Below are positions 12,301-27,711 of a stretch of 64,000 nt of DNA, piece by piece; position 1 is the stretch's first letter; every line of letters starts with the position of its first letter. Below the pieces are notes generated by a model that saw nothing but the letters and a program-made list of their open reading frames with translations, ran no database searches and was not told where the DNA came from. The position numbers were made by a program, and so were the translations under genes. The stretch is from the human T2T-CHM13v2.0 reference genome, Homo sapiens: assembly GCF_009914755.1 (NCBI RefSeq), contig NC_060947.1. One strand, 5' to 3'.

Positions 12301-12560
12301 GGGCGTGTGTGAATGCGTATATGTGCACGCACGTTTTAAATTTTCCTCCGCAAGAACAGGGACAGGAGAGCGAGAAGCTATTGCCGAGTTGGGAACCCGC
12401 TAGAGGTTACAATAAGGCAGGCTTGGAGTCGTGGCTGGTGCTAGTTACCGGGAAGAGTTCCTCTTGGCGCGGTGGGCGAACACCAAAGCTTCCAACTGTT
12501 CCCTTCCCTGGGTGGCGGCAGCTGCCCAAGGTCGGCTTCCGGGCTGGTCTCTGTGCTCCT
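9300..12560. promoter_or_regulatory. CpG island promoter, possibly bidirectional
   Basis: Sharp rise in GC and CpG density against an AT-rich background; free of interspersed repeats; contains GC boxes, (GCC)n and a polypurine tract. Confidence 0.92.
10192..11020 (-). other. Long non-coding first exon (5'UTR) of a minus-strand gene; tentative candidate HS3ST5 from architecture only
   Basis: Donor TTGGAATAG|GTAGGT ends the exon at 10192. The minus strand upstream is pyrimidine-rich and initiator-like (~10900-11020). Only short uORFs are present and no ATG-initiated ORF crosses the donor. TSS approximate; gene identity unverified. Confidence 0.6.
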
Positions 12561-14451
12561 GAGCAGGGGGACCAGATTCAGTTTCAGAAAGAGAGGTAGT
12601 ACAGAGTGACGCCAGGGGGAGTTCTCTGAACCGTGTGTTCCCATTTTCCCAGCTTTTGATATAGGTATTTGCAAAGAGGGAGCATTGTAAGACCATCACA
12701 CCACCAAGGGGAGGAAATACAAAGAGCTGAACACTCTAGGGGGAAGAATCAGGGAATCAAGAGCACGTTTATTCCCATCGTCCCTTCCCAACAAGGTCTT
12801 CAGCTTCAGGCAGGAATCATTTGGATCCCTGCGGCTCAACACCCTCCCACTCCCGTCCCGCCCCACCGCCCTGCCAACAAAGAAACAAAAGATGACAACC
12901 AGGCTCTGTAGGGGCATAGCAACTGCTTCTATCACCGGCTCTCTGTTGGGCTGTTGAGAAAGCAGTAGTGAAAGGATGGGTATAAAACCTGTGTCTTGCC
13001 ACAAATATGTAAACGAAACCTTCCTAAAACCCACTACCCTCCTACAAAACAAAAACAAGTTATTTGTATAAACATATATAGATTTAAGTATCCTAAATAA
13101 AGATTCCACATTATGAACTGCCCAAACCCTGAACTGTGGAAGGAAGACTTTCAGGATACCTCCTCAATCCTTACCAAAGAGTTCTGGAAGGAGAAAAAAA
13201 AGAAACATCTGGCCAGTCACTTCTCCAATGACTGGAAATACTCTGGGTGTTTCCGTAACCAGCGATTAAGAAAAGAACTCCCCATAACAAAAAGGGAATT
13301 CTGGCCAAATGGGACATGGACAAACCCTAATGACCAAGGAAATGGAATATGAATTTAAAAGCATGATTATCTCACTCTCATTCTTGCTGTTCCTTTGTTA
13401 CTCTTCTTGAAGATACTGGCAGAAAGGGAGAGTTGATACTTAGGGATTTCATGAAAGGAGGCCGAGTTTGTTTCTCTCCTGGCAATTCAGCAGTCCCTGT
13501 AATCATTTTTTTTTAGAAATTCTCTACCACCTCCTCTTTATGCTGTATTTTCTCTAGCATTCTTCCCTCTCATTTCCTTACTGGTCTCCTGTGGCTCCCT
13601 GGTGTCCTTAATTCATTTGGTCTGCACCTGTCTCCCTTTAGTTCCTTCAAAACATTGTTTCCAGTCCTAATTCCGAAGTACAGAGGGCTCTGTCACTTTT
13701 CTCTGTTTCCTAAGAACTGATTTGCTGCTTCTAGACGCCTATATCCTGATATTGTAGGTGGATTTCCTAAGGCATTTATTCAACTTTAGAGATTCCCCAG
13801 ACACATTTAAGCAACATGAAATTGCAGAATTTTCAAGTAGTTTTGCTCATGGGACCAAGAATTTCTATTTCAAATATGAATATCAGGAAGAAGACACACT
13901 AAATTGCTAGTTTCAGAATAGCCAATGTAAATATAACAGATTGTAATGGAGCATGCAATCTCTATATGACAGTTGTCCAGTTGCCAAGTGTATATTATTA
14001 AAATAATTTGCTAGGAATTTTAAGATATATACCTTTTTGTTAACAAAGACACACACACACACATGCACTCATACACCTTTTTATGTTTATTCCCAAAACT
14101 AATGTAATTACATAAATTCAATTCAGCAAGTGATTATGGAACATCTACTATATTCCAGGAACTGTGCCAGCATTGGGAATAGGCAAAGAAATTGAGACTT
14201 AAAGAAGCTAAGAAATGTTCAAAGATGTGTGAACAATTTGCTAATCAACAAGTATATACTGTGTGACTGTTACCGTGTATCTAGACTATTTCACTCCTAG
14301 AGAACAATATTTAGATGTTCTGGCCTTGATTTTTTAAATATATTTTTAATCTATAGGTTGCATTCTGTGAGAAGAATGCATAATGGAAAATATGACATGT
14401 CAGTTTTGTTTCTAAGTACCCTCATAATAAGAATGTAAGTACAATAATATT

Positions 14452-14829
14452 TGTATTAGTCTATTCTCACGCTGCCAATAAAGACATACCTGAGATTAAG
14501 TAACTTATACAGGAAAGAAGTTTCATTGTACTCACAGTTCAGCATGGCTGGGGAGGTCTCAGGAAACTTACAATCATGGTGGAAGGGGAAACAAACATGT
14601 CCTTCTTCACATGGTGGCAGCAAGGAGAAGTGCAGAGCAAAAGGTGGAAAAGCCCCCCATTATAAATCCATCAGATCTCATGAGAACTCACTCACTATCA
14701 CAAGAATAGCATGGAGGCAACCACCCCTATATTCAGTTACCACCCACAGGATCTCTCCCATGAAACACAGAGATTATGGGGACTACTATTCAACATGAGA
14801 TTTGGTGGGAACACAACCAAACCATATCA
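14452..14829 (-). mobile_element. THE1/MST (ERVL-MaLR) solo LTR
   Basis: TGTATTAGTC...AAACCATATCA termini; 5-bp TSD ATATT at 14447-14451 and 14830-14834. Confidence 0.9.
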
Positions 14830-16409
14830 ATATTAGAAGACTAAAGTCAATATCAATTACATAAACAAAATCAATGTGCACCATCTGAAATGAAGGAGTT
14901 TTGTTTGGTTGCTTGTCTAATGGCAAGATGTTTTCAAAGGCATAATTTCAACATGTACTCGTTGTGGTAGACTATTATTTCCTATTTCAACTGATAACAA
15001 CACCATCCAGAGATCAACTAGCAGAGATTATGAGTAGTGCTGGCACCTTAACTTTTGGCTACAATGATTGGAAGCAGGAAAGGTAGCTTAATGATTTTCT
15101 ACCCAAACAGCTTCCATAAACAGGGCTGTAAAATTGCAGTCACCAGCTTGCTGCAAGGGAGTGCCCATTTCCGGCCAGCTGTGGGCTCCCCCTGGGGAAA
15201 GCAGCCACCTTGGAGGAAGCTTATTTGAGCCTGGATATGAACAGTTGGTGGCCAGGATTCTGCATCCATCTGTTCAGAACAGAGTCAGACACACTATTTT
15301 TCACATACCCAAGTAAGGCTCAGGAAAACAACTGGCAAGCCAATTAAAGTCTTCTCTTTACCTAATCCTATTTAGTATCCAAATGGACCCTGTGGAGCTA
15401 CTTCTCTGGCCAGAGTGCGAAGGAGAAACAAAATGCCTTTAAAAAAAAGTTTGGGCTTTAGCAAGGCACTTTGTATTCCACACAGCAAGTTCTGCTCATG
15501 GAAGTGTACATTCATATATAATATCCCTCACTGGAAAGGCTCCATCAATGCTGCTTTACCTTACTCTCAGAATAAAATACATCCCTAATACAGACTAATC
15601 ATAACCTTCAGAAACCAAAGCTTCTCAATAGGGTGCAGTGGCAATTCATTTGTATTATTGCTATAATGGATTCAAATAACTGCCTAAATTTAAATTTATA
15701 GATAGTTTTAAAAATGGTACCTTGGTCCTTAATTTATATAAAATTCACTTATATTCACTATCCATACACATAAACCAATATGGCAATAATAATAATTTAT
15801 ACCCTCATAAAGATAACATAGTGCCTTCCCTTGAAGATCTGAAAGCTGACTTAATGCTAGTGTTTGTCTTTTTATTGGAAATACTTTTAAGAATATTACT
15901 TTTTAGCATTTTTTAACTATCACAGTTGTTGAAAAGGGGAAAAAAATTGATTTCAAAATGTACCGTGATTTCTCCTTAAGAGATAAAATTACACTCCAGG
16001 AAAAGAACTTGAAAAGAGTATAGAACAATTAGTATTACTCGGTTGGCATTTAAATGCACTTGAACTTCTCTCTAACTTTGTGACCTCATTATCATAATCT
16101 TTTAAGTGAATTATTGTGATTGACTTATACAGGTAACTACTAATTTGTATTGAAATAACTAAAATATTTAGTGCTTCTAAAACACATGCTTAATAATGGC
16201 CATAAGAAGACTTTTATAGTCACATACATTAACAATTACTAACAAATGCTAACAATTATTAGGATAGTCCTTCATAAGCAGATTTAAAAGGCATTTTAAA
16301 TGAAAATTTGGAACTAGGATGTTATCATTTTCCATACAACACAATAAACATGAATAATTTCTTCTCAGACTAAGAAAATAGGCTCCCCGTATGTATCTTC
16401 ATTCTCTCA

Positions 16410-17010
16410 TTTATACTTTCACTAAGTAAAGATTTACAGAATACCTGCTATGTGCCTATTCGGTGCTAAGTACTGGGAAGACAGTGGTAAACAAAACATA
16501 CATATTCTTGCCCTTGTAGAGTTTACAGACTACTGGTAGGAGACAAACAGAACCAATCATACAACGAAATATGTAGTTCTAAACTGATGGGTGTTCTGAA
16601 GGAACAGAACAAGGTATTTGCAAGAGAACAACAGAGGAGACCCATTTCAATTGAGGTTGAGGTGGTTGGGTAGGCATTCCTGAGGCAGTGGCTATTAATC
16701 TGAGGCCTGAAGAATGTGGAGTAATTGGCATTCCAGGCAGAGAGAACAGAATCTATGGTATTTGATGTAAGGAATGTCTTGGTACCTCAAATAATGCAAG
16801 GTCAGCCTGTGCACCTAGAGGGTAAGGAGCATAATAATGTAGGGGAGGAAGTGATGTAAGATGAGGCAGGAGAGGCAGAAAGGAGCCAAAACATCCAAGA
16901 CCTCAAGGGCCTTGATAAAGATTTTGGATTTTGCCCTAAGGACCACAGGAAGTCAGGAAAGGAGGGAAGATATGTTATGATCTGATATACCGTTGATAGG
17001 ATCTTTACCC
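16410..17010 (-). mobile_element. L2 LINE relic
   Basis: Reverse L2 3' motifs (tacctgctatgtgcc..tgctaagtactggg..; aggattttggattttgccctaag). Confidence 0.7.
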
Positions 17011-17197
17011 CTGTCATTCAAATCCTTACACTTGCTAATGCTCAATAAAACATTTTCTATCCTTAATCTTCCTGACCTCTCTATGTCATATGCTATCTGT
17101 TCTTAAAGTATGGTCAGGAGTCCCCCGGAGGCCCCTTAGAGCCTTTTAGGGTGTCTGTGCAGTTAAACTTATTTTCCTAATACTAACATATTATTTG

Positions 17198-17830
<633 letters not shown>

Positions 17831-17949
17831 CACTCACATTTTCTTACATGTGTGCATCATCAATTAACTGAATGCAGAAGCAGAGATGAGATTTCAGCTG
17901 TGTTTTGTTAAGCCAGGCATTAAAGATCATGATACCACCCCTCTCAATT

Positions 17950-18294
17950 ATTTTATTTTACATTCACGGTGAACATGTGCATGTTTATTATATGGGTATA
18001 TTGCATACTGGTGGGGATTGAGCTTCTAGTGTACCCATTACTCACATAGTAAATATTGTAGTGAATAGATAATTTTTCAACTCTGGCCTCCCTCCAGCTG
18101 TCCCCTCTTTTGGAGTCCCCAGTGTCTATTATTTCTGTCTTTTTGCCCAGATGTACCCATTGTTTAGCTCCCACTTATAACTTAGAACGTGTGTTTTTTT
18201 ACTTTCTGTTTCTGAGTTATTCCATTGAAAATCATGGCCTTCCGATCCATCCATGTTGCTGGAAAGGATATGATTTCATTCCTTTTAATGGCTG
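17950..18294 (-). mobile_element. 5'-truncated L1 (PB/MA-like) 3' end
   Basis: Reverse L1 3'UTR; flanking repeat CTCAAT(T/A)ATTTT near 17943 and 18295. Confidence 0.8.
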
Positions 18295-19441
18295 CTCAAT
18301 AATTTTTTGTTTCACAAAATATAGCAATTTTTCATGAAGATACTATTTATGTTAACATGTAATGGGTTTATTACTGTTATTTTAAGTGAATCAATACATA
18401 AATATTTAATTTATGTTTTAACTTCTGATACACGAATATCAATAGGTATAACTCACAGGGACAACAGCACTTTGGGGTCATCAGTAATTTTAAAGACTGT
18501 AAAGGGGCCCAGAGACCAATGCCAACCTTTGATCCTATTTTCTTAAAACTAGTTATGGTTTCTGTCCTGTCAGTATATTCTACTGTTTCTAAAGGATTAG
18601 TCCTTAGACTCACAATTAGAAATTGATTTTTATATTGCAATCCAGCGTGAATACTTATAACTGCTATGTGATACATTCTGAAATTATCTATCCTATTCCA
18701 ACCTTATCAATTGCCTTCTTAACCCAGTAACTCACCCTGTGAAAAAGTGTGGATGATATCACCCCATTTCCAGGCTTCAATAATTACTTATAGATTGACA
18801 TCTTCCAGACCTTTTTTCAACATTTCTCCTAGACTCCATCTCTAACAGCTGGCTGGACATTTCCTCATTAATATTTCACAATTACCTGAAGCTCAACTTT
18901 TTAAAAACTGAACTGATTCTGTATATATTTTAAATAGGAAAAATTGGAGATTACAAAAGGGTATAACCCCAACTTTATATGAATAGACTAAAGCAAAAAT
19001 ATTTATAAATAGAGGCATGGGGAAAAAACTGGGAAAAATAAATTACAATATTAATAGTGATTCATGGGGTTGCCAGCAGTTTTAATTTTCTTTCGTATAT
19101 TGTTTTCTATAATAAACATGCATTACTTCATAATCAAAAATATATTATTAAAAACATAACAGAACTATTTTGCCTTACACATCCCATACCTATCCTTACT
19201 TTTCATTTTAAAGGTCTGATCCTTTTTATCTCTAAATTTGCAATTAACACATTTTTTAATTAATATCATTATAATAGTGCAGACTCCTCCTGGACCACTT
19301 TGTTTTACCACCAAAGACATTTCAATCACAGGATGGGCATAGGTAGGAGTCACCTACCACCAAAAAGTAGGCTCATCAATATTCTAGGCTACTTGGATGC
19401 CTTAGTTGAAGTTCTAGGTGCTGCAGGTTACTGTTGTTCTT

Positions 19442-19795
19442 GGTATTCGTTTGTTTTCACGCAGCTGATAAAGACATACCGGAAACTGGGAACAAAAAAA
19501 GGTTTAATTGAACTTACAGTTCCACGTGGCTGGAGAGGCCTCAGAATCATGGCAGGAGGCAAAAGGCTCTTCTCACATGGCAGCAGCAAGAGAAAATGAC
19601 AAAGAAATAAAAGCAAAAACCCCCGATAAACCCATCAGATCTCGTGAGACTTATTCACTACCAACAGAAAAGCACAGGAAAGACCGGCCCCCTTGATTCA
19701 ATTACCTCCCCCTAGGTCCCTCCCACAACACGTGGCAATTCTGAGAGATAGAATTCAAGTTGAGATTTCGGTGGGGCCACAGTCAAACCATATCA
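19442..19795 (-). mobile_element. THE1 (THE1A/B-like) solo LTR
   Basis: gctgataaagacataccggaaactggg...caaaccatatca. Confidence 0.9.
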
Positions 19796-19977
19796 CTCTC
19801 TCTCTCGAAATTGTGTGAAGTACAGTTTATTCCACGGGCTATCAGATGGACACTTGGGTACAGTGAAACCGTCTACTTTTTTTTGTTGTTGTTCAAATGC
19901 TATTGTAAATAAAGCCTATTCTACAGTTCAAAACAATCTTTCATCTACTTGGAGTGTCCTTCCCTCTCTATTTCTAG

Positions 19978-20272
<295 letters not shown>

Positions 20273-20329
20273 TCAGAAACTTGTTTTTTCTGCTAAAAAA
20301 TATAGCGAGGTGATATATTGGTGCTGGCA

Positions 20330-22310
20330 GATCCACCTCATTTTTAAAATGGCTGCATGGTAGTCCACTATTTTGATGTACTATAATTTTATTTAACCAT
20401 TTCTTTATTGATGGATGCTCAGATTGTTTCCAATTATTTTCTATTACAAATGATGCTATGATAAATATTCTTGAATTCATTCTCTTTTCATTATATATTT
20501 TTGTGCACTTGTATGAGAATTTCCTTAGAATAGATTCTTGGAGTGGATTTCATGGATCAAATACTGTGGGCTAGATACTGTCAAGTATCCCTTCAAAAAG
20601 ACTTCCACAAGAGTGTATGAAAGTGTCCATTTCTTCATGTGTCTGTTGGCTGCATAAATGTCTTCTTTTGAGAAGTGTCTGTTCATATCCTTTGCCCACT
20701 TTTTGTTGTGGTTGTTTGATTTTTTTCTTGTAAATTTGTTTAAGTTCTTTGTGGATTCTGGATATTAGCCCTTTGTCAGATGAGTAGATTGTAAAAATTT
20801 TCTCCCATTCTGTAGGTTGTCTGTTCACTCTGATGGTAGTTTGTTTTGCTGTGCAGAAGCTCTTTAGTTTAATTAGATCCCATTTGTCAGTTTTGGCTTT
20901 TGCTGCCATTGCTTTTGCTGTTTTAGTCATGAAGGACTTGCCCATGTCTATGTCCTGAATGGTATTGCCTAGGTTTTCTTCTAGGGTTTTTATGGTTTTA
21001 GGTCTAACATTTAAGTCTTTAATCCATCTTGAATTAATTTTTGTATAAGGTGTAAGGAAGGGATCTAGTTTCAGCTTGCTACATATGGCTAGCCAGTTTT
21101 CCCAGCACCATTTATTAAATAGGGAATCATTTCCCCATTTCTTGTTCTTGTCATTGTCAGGTTTGTCAAAGATCAGATGGTTGTAGATGCGTGGTATTAT
21201 TTCTGAGGGCTCTGTTCTGTTCCATTGGTCTATGTCTCTGTTGTGGTACCAGTACCATGCTGTTTTGGTTACTGTAGCCTTGCAGTATAGTTTGAAGTCA
21301 GGTAGGGTGATGCCTCCAGCTTTGTTCTTTGTCTTATGCACATGTATGTTTATTGCGGCACTATTCACAATAGCAAAGACTTGGAACCAACCCAAATGTC
21401 CATCAATGATAGACTGGATTAAGAAAATGTGGCACATATACACCATGGAATGTTATGCAGCCGTAAAAAAGGATGCATTCATGTCCTTTGTAGGGACATG
21501 GATGAAGCTGGAAACCATCATTCAGAGCAAACGTTGTGCACATGTACCCTAGAACTTAAAGTATAATAAAAATAAAAAAAATAAGAACTGTCCAACAAGG
21601 GTAAACAAACAAACAAAAAACAATAAAAAAAAATTTTGTGCTACCAGCAACAACAAAAAAAAGTGTCCATTTCTCCAATAGGCAACAACATTTTGCATCG
21701 TCAAACATTTTAAATTTGATGGACAAAAATATCTCACTAAACATTCAATATACATTTGCTTGATTGCTAGTAATGTTGAACTTTTTCATAGGGTTATATA
21801 TTTTGTCATTTGTGAAGTGCCTATTACAGTATTTTTTCATGGATTTGTTGAACTCCTGATATATTTGGGCTATTGCCCTTTTGTTTTATATGTTGCAGAT
21901 ATTTTCTCCAGGTCTGTCACTTGAGATTGTGAAATCTGTCAGTCTTCTCCTTCATGGAGTCTGGGTTTCATACTTTGCTTGGGAAGACCTTGCCACTCCA
22001 TATTTTTTTTAAGTATCCATTATTTTATTCTATTATTTTTAATACTTAAAAAATCAAAACTTTGAAGTTTATTTGTATTCATGGTTTCAATTAAGGGTGC
22101 AGCCTATTTTTTTCTTCATTTGGTTGGCCATTTTTCCTTTTATGACAGGTCCATCCTTTTCTCAGTGATCTGAAGTTTATCATCAACCAAATTAGCATAC
22201 CTTTACACATCTATTTTTTTTTATTTTTTAGCTCTGTTCAACCACTGATTTGAATGACTGTCTGTAAACTAATACCATGCTGTATTACTATTGTTTTATA
22301 GTATGTTTTG
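20330..22310 (-). mobile_element. Old L1M relic hosting the younger L1PA insertion
   Basis: Degenerate reverse L1M sequence on both sides of 20620-21674. Confidence 0.65.
20635..21659 (+). mobile_element. L1PA insertion with 5' inversion (twin priming), 3'UTR deletion and extended 3' tail
   Basis: 20635-21330 is reverse ORF2 ([29 protein letters not shown] in the ORF track); 21336-21580 is the sense 3' end; 15-bp TSD AAAGTGTCCATTTCT at 20620-20634 and 21660-21674. Confidence 0.92.
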
Positions 22311-22376
22311 ATATCTCTCAGGTAAAATGTTCCTCTTTCTCTCTCACTCTTCTTTTTTTAAAAAACTTTTTGTTTA

Positions 22377-22757
<381 letters not shown>

Positions 22758-23375
22758 TCAGGAGTTCCGTGGAAAATTGATTATAAATTTGGATTATTGT
22801 TACATGAGAATTAAAATTTAGGAATGTGTTTGTATTTCCCAGAGAAAAATTATATGTAATACCAAGGAATAAACTTCTGTCAGGGTAGAGAATCCATAAG
22901 AGAAATCTACAGAGAAATTAGGTGAATAGAGCTCATGAAGCAAGTGAAAATGATAAAATATTAATATGAAGAACCCAAGAGCTAGGACACAAAAGGTAAA
23001 CATCTTGCTCTCAATTCCCAACTTAACCCTACCCAATTGAATAGATATGTGTTTCAAGTAAGCAGACTTGGGATGGAGCTTCTCACTGGATTACTTTTTT
23101 TTTCTCTTAGCAGTGGACCTTGCAATTCACTCTTCCACCCAAGAGTCCCAAACTACTTGCACCTGTCATTCTGCCTGTAGTGGACTCCTTCCTTTACCAA
23201 TTGTCAAGTAAGCCAAACTCTTAATAGTTGGCAGTTTGTTATTCTTTCCTTGTTTTCTTTTGTTCTTCAAATCTGAAGGAAAGGAGGACAAAAGAAGGAC
23301 CAAGAAAGCCACATAAGAGTCATACAACTCCCTCTGGTCATGGCAGAATCATCTAAAAAGATAGGAGGGAAACTA

Positions 23376-23868
23376 CAGTAGTCCCCCTTTATCTTCAGGG
23401 GATACTTTCCGAGACCCCCAGTTTGATGCTTGAAACCACAGATGGTAACAAACCCTATATATTACTATGTTTTTCCTTATATATACATACCTATAATAAG
23501 GTTTAATTTATTAGGCAGAGTAAGGGATTAACAACAAAAACTAATGATAAAATAGAACAATTACAATAATAGGCCAGCATCACTCCTCTTGTGCTTTGGG
23601 GCCATTATTAAGTAGGGATTACTTGAACACAAGGACTGCAATACCCATACTGTAGCAGTGAATCTGATAATAGAGGAGGCCACTAAGTGACATCTGAGGT
23701 AGGATGAAGCAGGATGGTGAGAGATTTCATCATGCTACTCAAAACAGCAAGCAATTTAAAACATGTGAATCGTTATTTCTAGAATTTTCTATTTAATCTT
23801 TTTGGAGTGCAGTTGACTGTGATTAACAAACTGCTAAAAGCAAATCCATGAATAAGAGGGGACTACTG
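23376..23868 (+). mobile_element. MER44/Tigger7-type MITE
   Basis: TIRs CAGTAGTCCCC...GGGGACTACTG with TA duplications at 23374-23375 and 23869-23870. Confidence 0.85.
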
Positions 23869-25614
23869 TACTGGTTATATCATTATGCAGAGTTGTTGTG
23901 GTTTGAGCTATGTAATTTATGCTTCCCTTTATTATACTTGGTGGTACTAAAGACCATTAACAGACTATTGGTTAGTAAGCATATTCAACCCATACTTTTA
24001 AACCTTAGCATCTCCTTAAACTCAGGAGTAGACTAGGTTCAGTCTCTAAAATTGTCCCACAAGCAAAGCAAACATGATCTATCCAGATTTAGTTTTCATA
24101 TGCCTGTTTTCTAAGTAATTTAAAGGTGTTGCATTCTGCATTGCATTCTATGTTGTTTCATCACAGGAAGACTGCCAAAATTATTAATATAATTTCTTTA
24201 GAGGAAAGGAGGAGAAATTGTTTCCCTGATGTCTGCGTAAAATTTAAATGAAAATGAATGTGATTTGAGTGTTAGTATTCATGGCTGCTAGTTCTCTGTT
24301 AATTTACATTTATATTCTTAATGTCTAGGTTGAGCCTAGGGAAATTTAAAACTCAATTTCATTAATGCTATAACTTCCATAGGAATCTCAATATGCACAG
24401 AAGTTCCTAGATTGTGGAGTTGTTGGATGAGAATATAGCAGGCAAGCATAATTGCTGAGTGGTTATGATAGTTAAATATGTAGTGTCAATTTTGATTTTT
24501 GAAATTCCTCTGGGCCTAAGCCCAATGTCCAAAAAGTTTCAAAAACACGAAGCTAATATAGTAATGAATTTTAACATCCTTAAAATGGAAACATTACATT
24601 TCTGAACTATTGCCCATTTCTGATTAAATATGATTTAAACTAGATCATGTTTCACATTTGCCACAATTACATTGACATACATGATGTTTGCGATTACTGC
24701 ATAACTTGAGGTTTGCAAGTTCAGCTCACTGGAGTTAGGTTTTTTTTTTTTTTTCATTTGCTTGCTTTTATTGCAAATATGATACACTGCTCCCAAGTGG
24801 GAAAGGTACTGTGAATAGGAATACATGAAACAAACAATAATAATGTCCCCTAAGTCTCAGACAGATATATCTTTATTTCTTACTTTATAAGCTATGTGTA
24901 GATATACTTTAAACATATAATATTTAAAGATTATGCTTATGAAGTAATCTTTTTAGAAAGAAAATCCCTGAACATCCCACAATTTCTTAAGAGAAATGAC
25001 ACTTCAACCCCGTTCTTAATCCTTACTTTAATCGTTTTGATTAGACTACTCCTTCAATCTCCCTGAATGATGTCTTAGAATTATATCTATTCCAGAGAGG
25101 TTCTGCAGTAATACTTTAGTCTTTCAGCCTCTTGCAACTTTAGGCCATGAAAATTTTGGCCTAAAGCCAGATTGGTCTTATTGTCCTCTTATATAATCTT
25201 CAGCCAAAGTCCATCTTCTAGATTTCAATTAACTTGCAGCAGTGGTAAGATAGAGGAGAAAGAGTAAAGGAAAGAAGAGGAAAGAAAAGAGAGGGAAGGG
25301 AAAGGAAATACTCTATTATTGGACAACACTGGAAAGTGGTTATCAACTTCTTTGCCTCCAGGCACACTCATGGCTACACCGAAGGTTACGGAAATAATTC
25401 ACTACAAAGAAACATCCTCCCACTGGGGCAATATGTGGTGGGACTGAAAGGGAAGAAAGGAGGATGGGATGTGTGTAAGGTTTGAGAAAGTTTTCCAAGT
25501 AATATGCACAATTGAAATGAATTGCTTTAAAAGCAGACTTAAACTAACTTTGTGATAACATAGTTTAATATTTCTCCTCCATTTATAATTTTGAAAATTT
25601 GATATTTTATATAT

Positions 25615-26060
<446 letters not shown>

Positions 26061-26266
26061 GCATGATATGTGTTCAGCAGAGTATTCAGGAATCTGCTTT
26101 TTTTATTGTTAAAAATCTTACACATAGAAAGTGGCTACATGTAAATATAGATTAAAAATTCATTCATCCAGCATGATAAAGTGGTGCATGAGCTATCTTC
26201 CTGGCACAACTATTCAGGATATGTTGAGGGCCTTGCCTGCCACCGTTTATCAAAGCCAGTGTGTGG

Positions 26267-26745
26267 TGTAAGGCCTAAAATTAAAGCCTCATATTATGTA
26301 CTGCCTTGATATCTGGCGAAACTGAGAGAGCCTCCAATGGCCTACCTACGAGTTTTTCTCCCTGCTGTGCTCCCACAGATAAGTTCCCCTAGCCTAACAA
26401 GACTCCTTATCAAGGAGACCAGGTGCAGTTCCTAAGTAGTGGCTTTCAGTTCTTTGCCGGCCCATGGAATTATTCAAATAAGCCAATCACATCCTCCTGT
26501 GGGAACTAAGGGTCATTCCACCTGTCTGATAGTACAAAGCTTGCCTCCCACAGCCCCTGGTTGCTTGGTCTGCTCCAGAGAGCAAACTCTGTGTGGTCCT
26601 GTATGGTGTGTGGTGTCCTCCTCCCTTAGGCTGTGAGTATATGTAATTGATAAACTGTGATCAGTCTCATCTGTCCAGCATTGGGTGTTGCGTGTTTGTC
26701 TATCCCCATAACCCTGGGGTGGGGATCCCTCCCTCCCCAATGGGA
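26267..26745 (+). mobile_element. Old ERV solo LTR (family uncertain)
   Basis: TGTAAGGCCTAAAATTAAAG start, CCAAT box and a degenerate poly(A) signal (gataaactg) in an LTR-like layout. Confidence 0.55.
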
Positions 26746-27076
26746 TAAAGAGAAAGCAATAAAAACACAGTGATGAACTGGAGAATATGTTTTATTACCA
26801 TGGGTAAACAATAATAAATCAGTAGTAATTTTGAAATTCTGGGTAGAAATGGAAGTAGTTAAGACATACGTGGAACTTCCAATTTTTTTCTCATGACAAG
26901 GAACTGGGGGAAGCCTCAAGGAGCTAGGAGAGGTCCCCAGACAAAAGCCATCAAGAACTGAGAAAATGGGGATCTCAGCATCAACTACAAGAAACTGAAT
27001 TCTGCCAATAGTCAGTGAGATTTTATTTCAGTTCTTAGGTTATTTACTTTCTCTACTGTTCTCAGACTGTCACTAC

Positions 27077-27711
27077 TGAAGCGGCATAGTTGTCTGGGGT
27101 AAATACCCGGGGTTCGTCATCTCGCACCAAGAAGATTAAGGACACAGACACACATGAGGAGTGAGTTTAGGAGCAGAGGTTAATAGGCAAAACAAAGACA
27201 AAGGAGAGCAGCTCTACCTCTCTCATGAGAGAGAGGAGTGTCCAAAAGGGAAAAGCCAGCCTATGGTGGACCACAGCAGATTTCATATGGAGGATTGAGG
27301 AGGTCTATCTGATTTATGGTTCAGACACATTGGTTCGACCAGGCGTGACGTTTACATAGCGCACAGGGAAGGCTGGTCTCCCCACCCTAATCTTATTATG
27401 CAAATGGGCTTTCCACTTTCCAGTGCCACTTGTCTGCTTCTTACTGTACAATTGGCTGGCAAAGAGAAGGGAAGATGGAGCCACCATTTTAATCATGCTT
27501 AGTCCCATGTAGCCTTTTCCTATTAGCACAACTGCTTTCACCCGTGCAAGCTTCCGGCTTGCTTGTCTATGTCTGCAGCTCAATTTTACAGGCTGCTCTT
27601 TGTTAGAAAAGAAAATGATCTGGGGGCTGCTTTCCATTAAAAGGAAAACCTTACAGAGGACTTCCTTACCCTCACTATCTGCCTAAATAATTTCTTTTTA
27701 ACTCCTATGAC
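27077..27711 (-). mobile_element. MER51-like ERV1 solo LTR
   Basis: TGAAGCGGCATAGTTGTCTGGGGTAAATACCC... to ...ctcactatctgcctaaataatttctttttaactcc. Confidence 0.75.

Noticed and set aside
20571-21446. 291-aa minus-strand ORF
   Set aside because: An L1 ORF2 fragment fused to antisense L1 at the inversion junction; not a gene.
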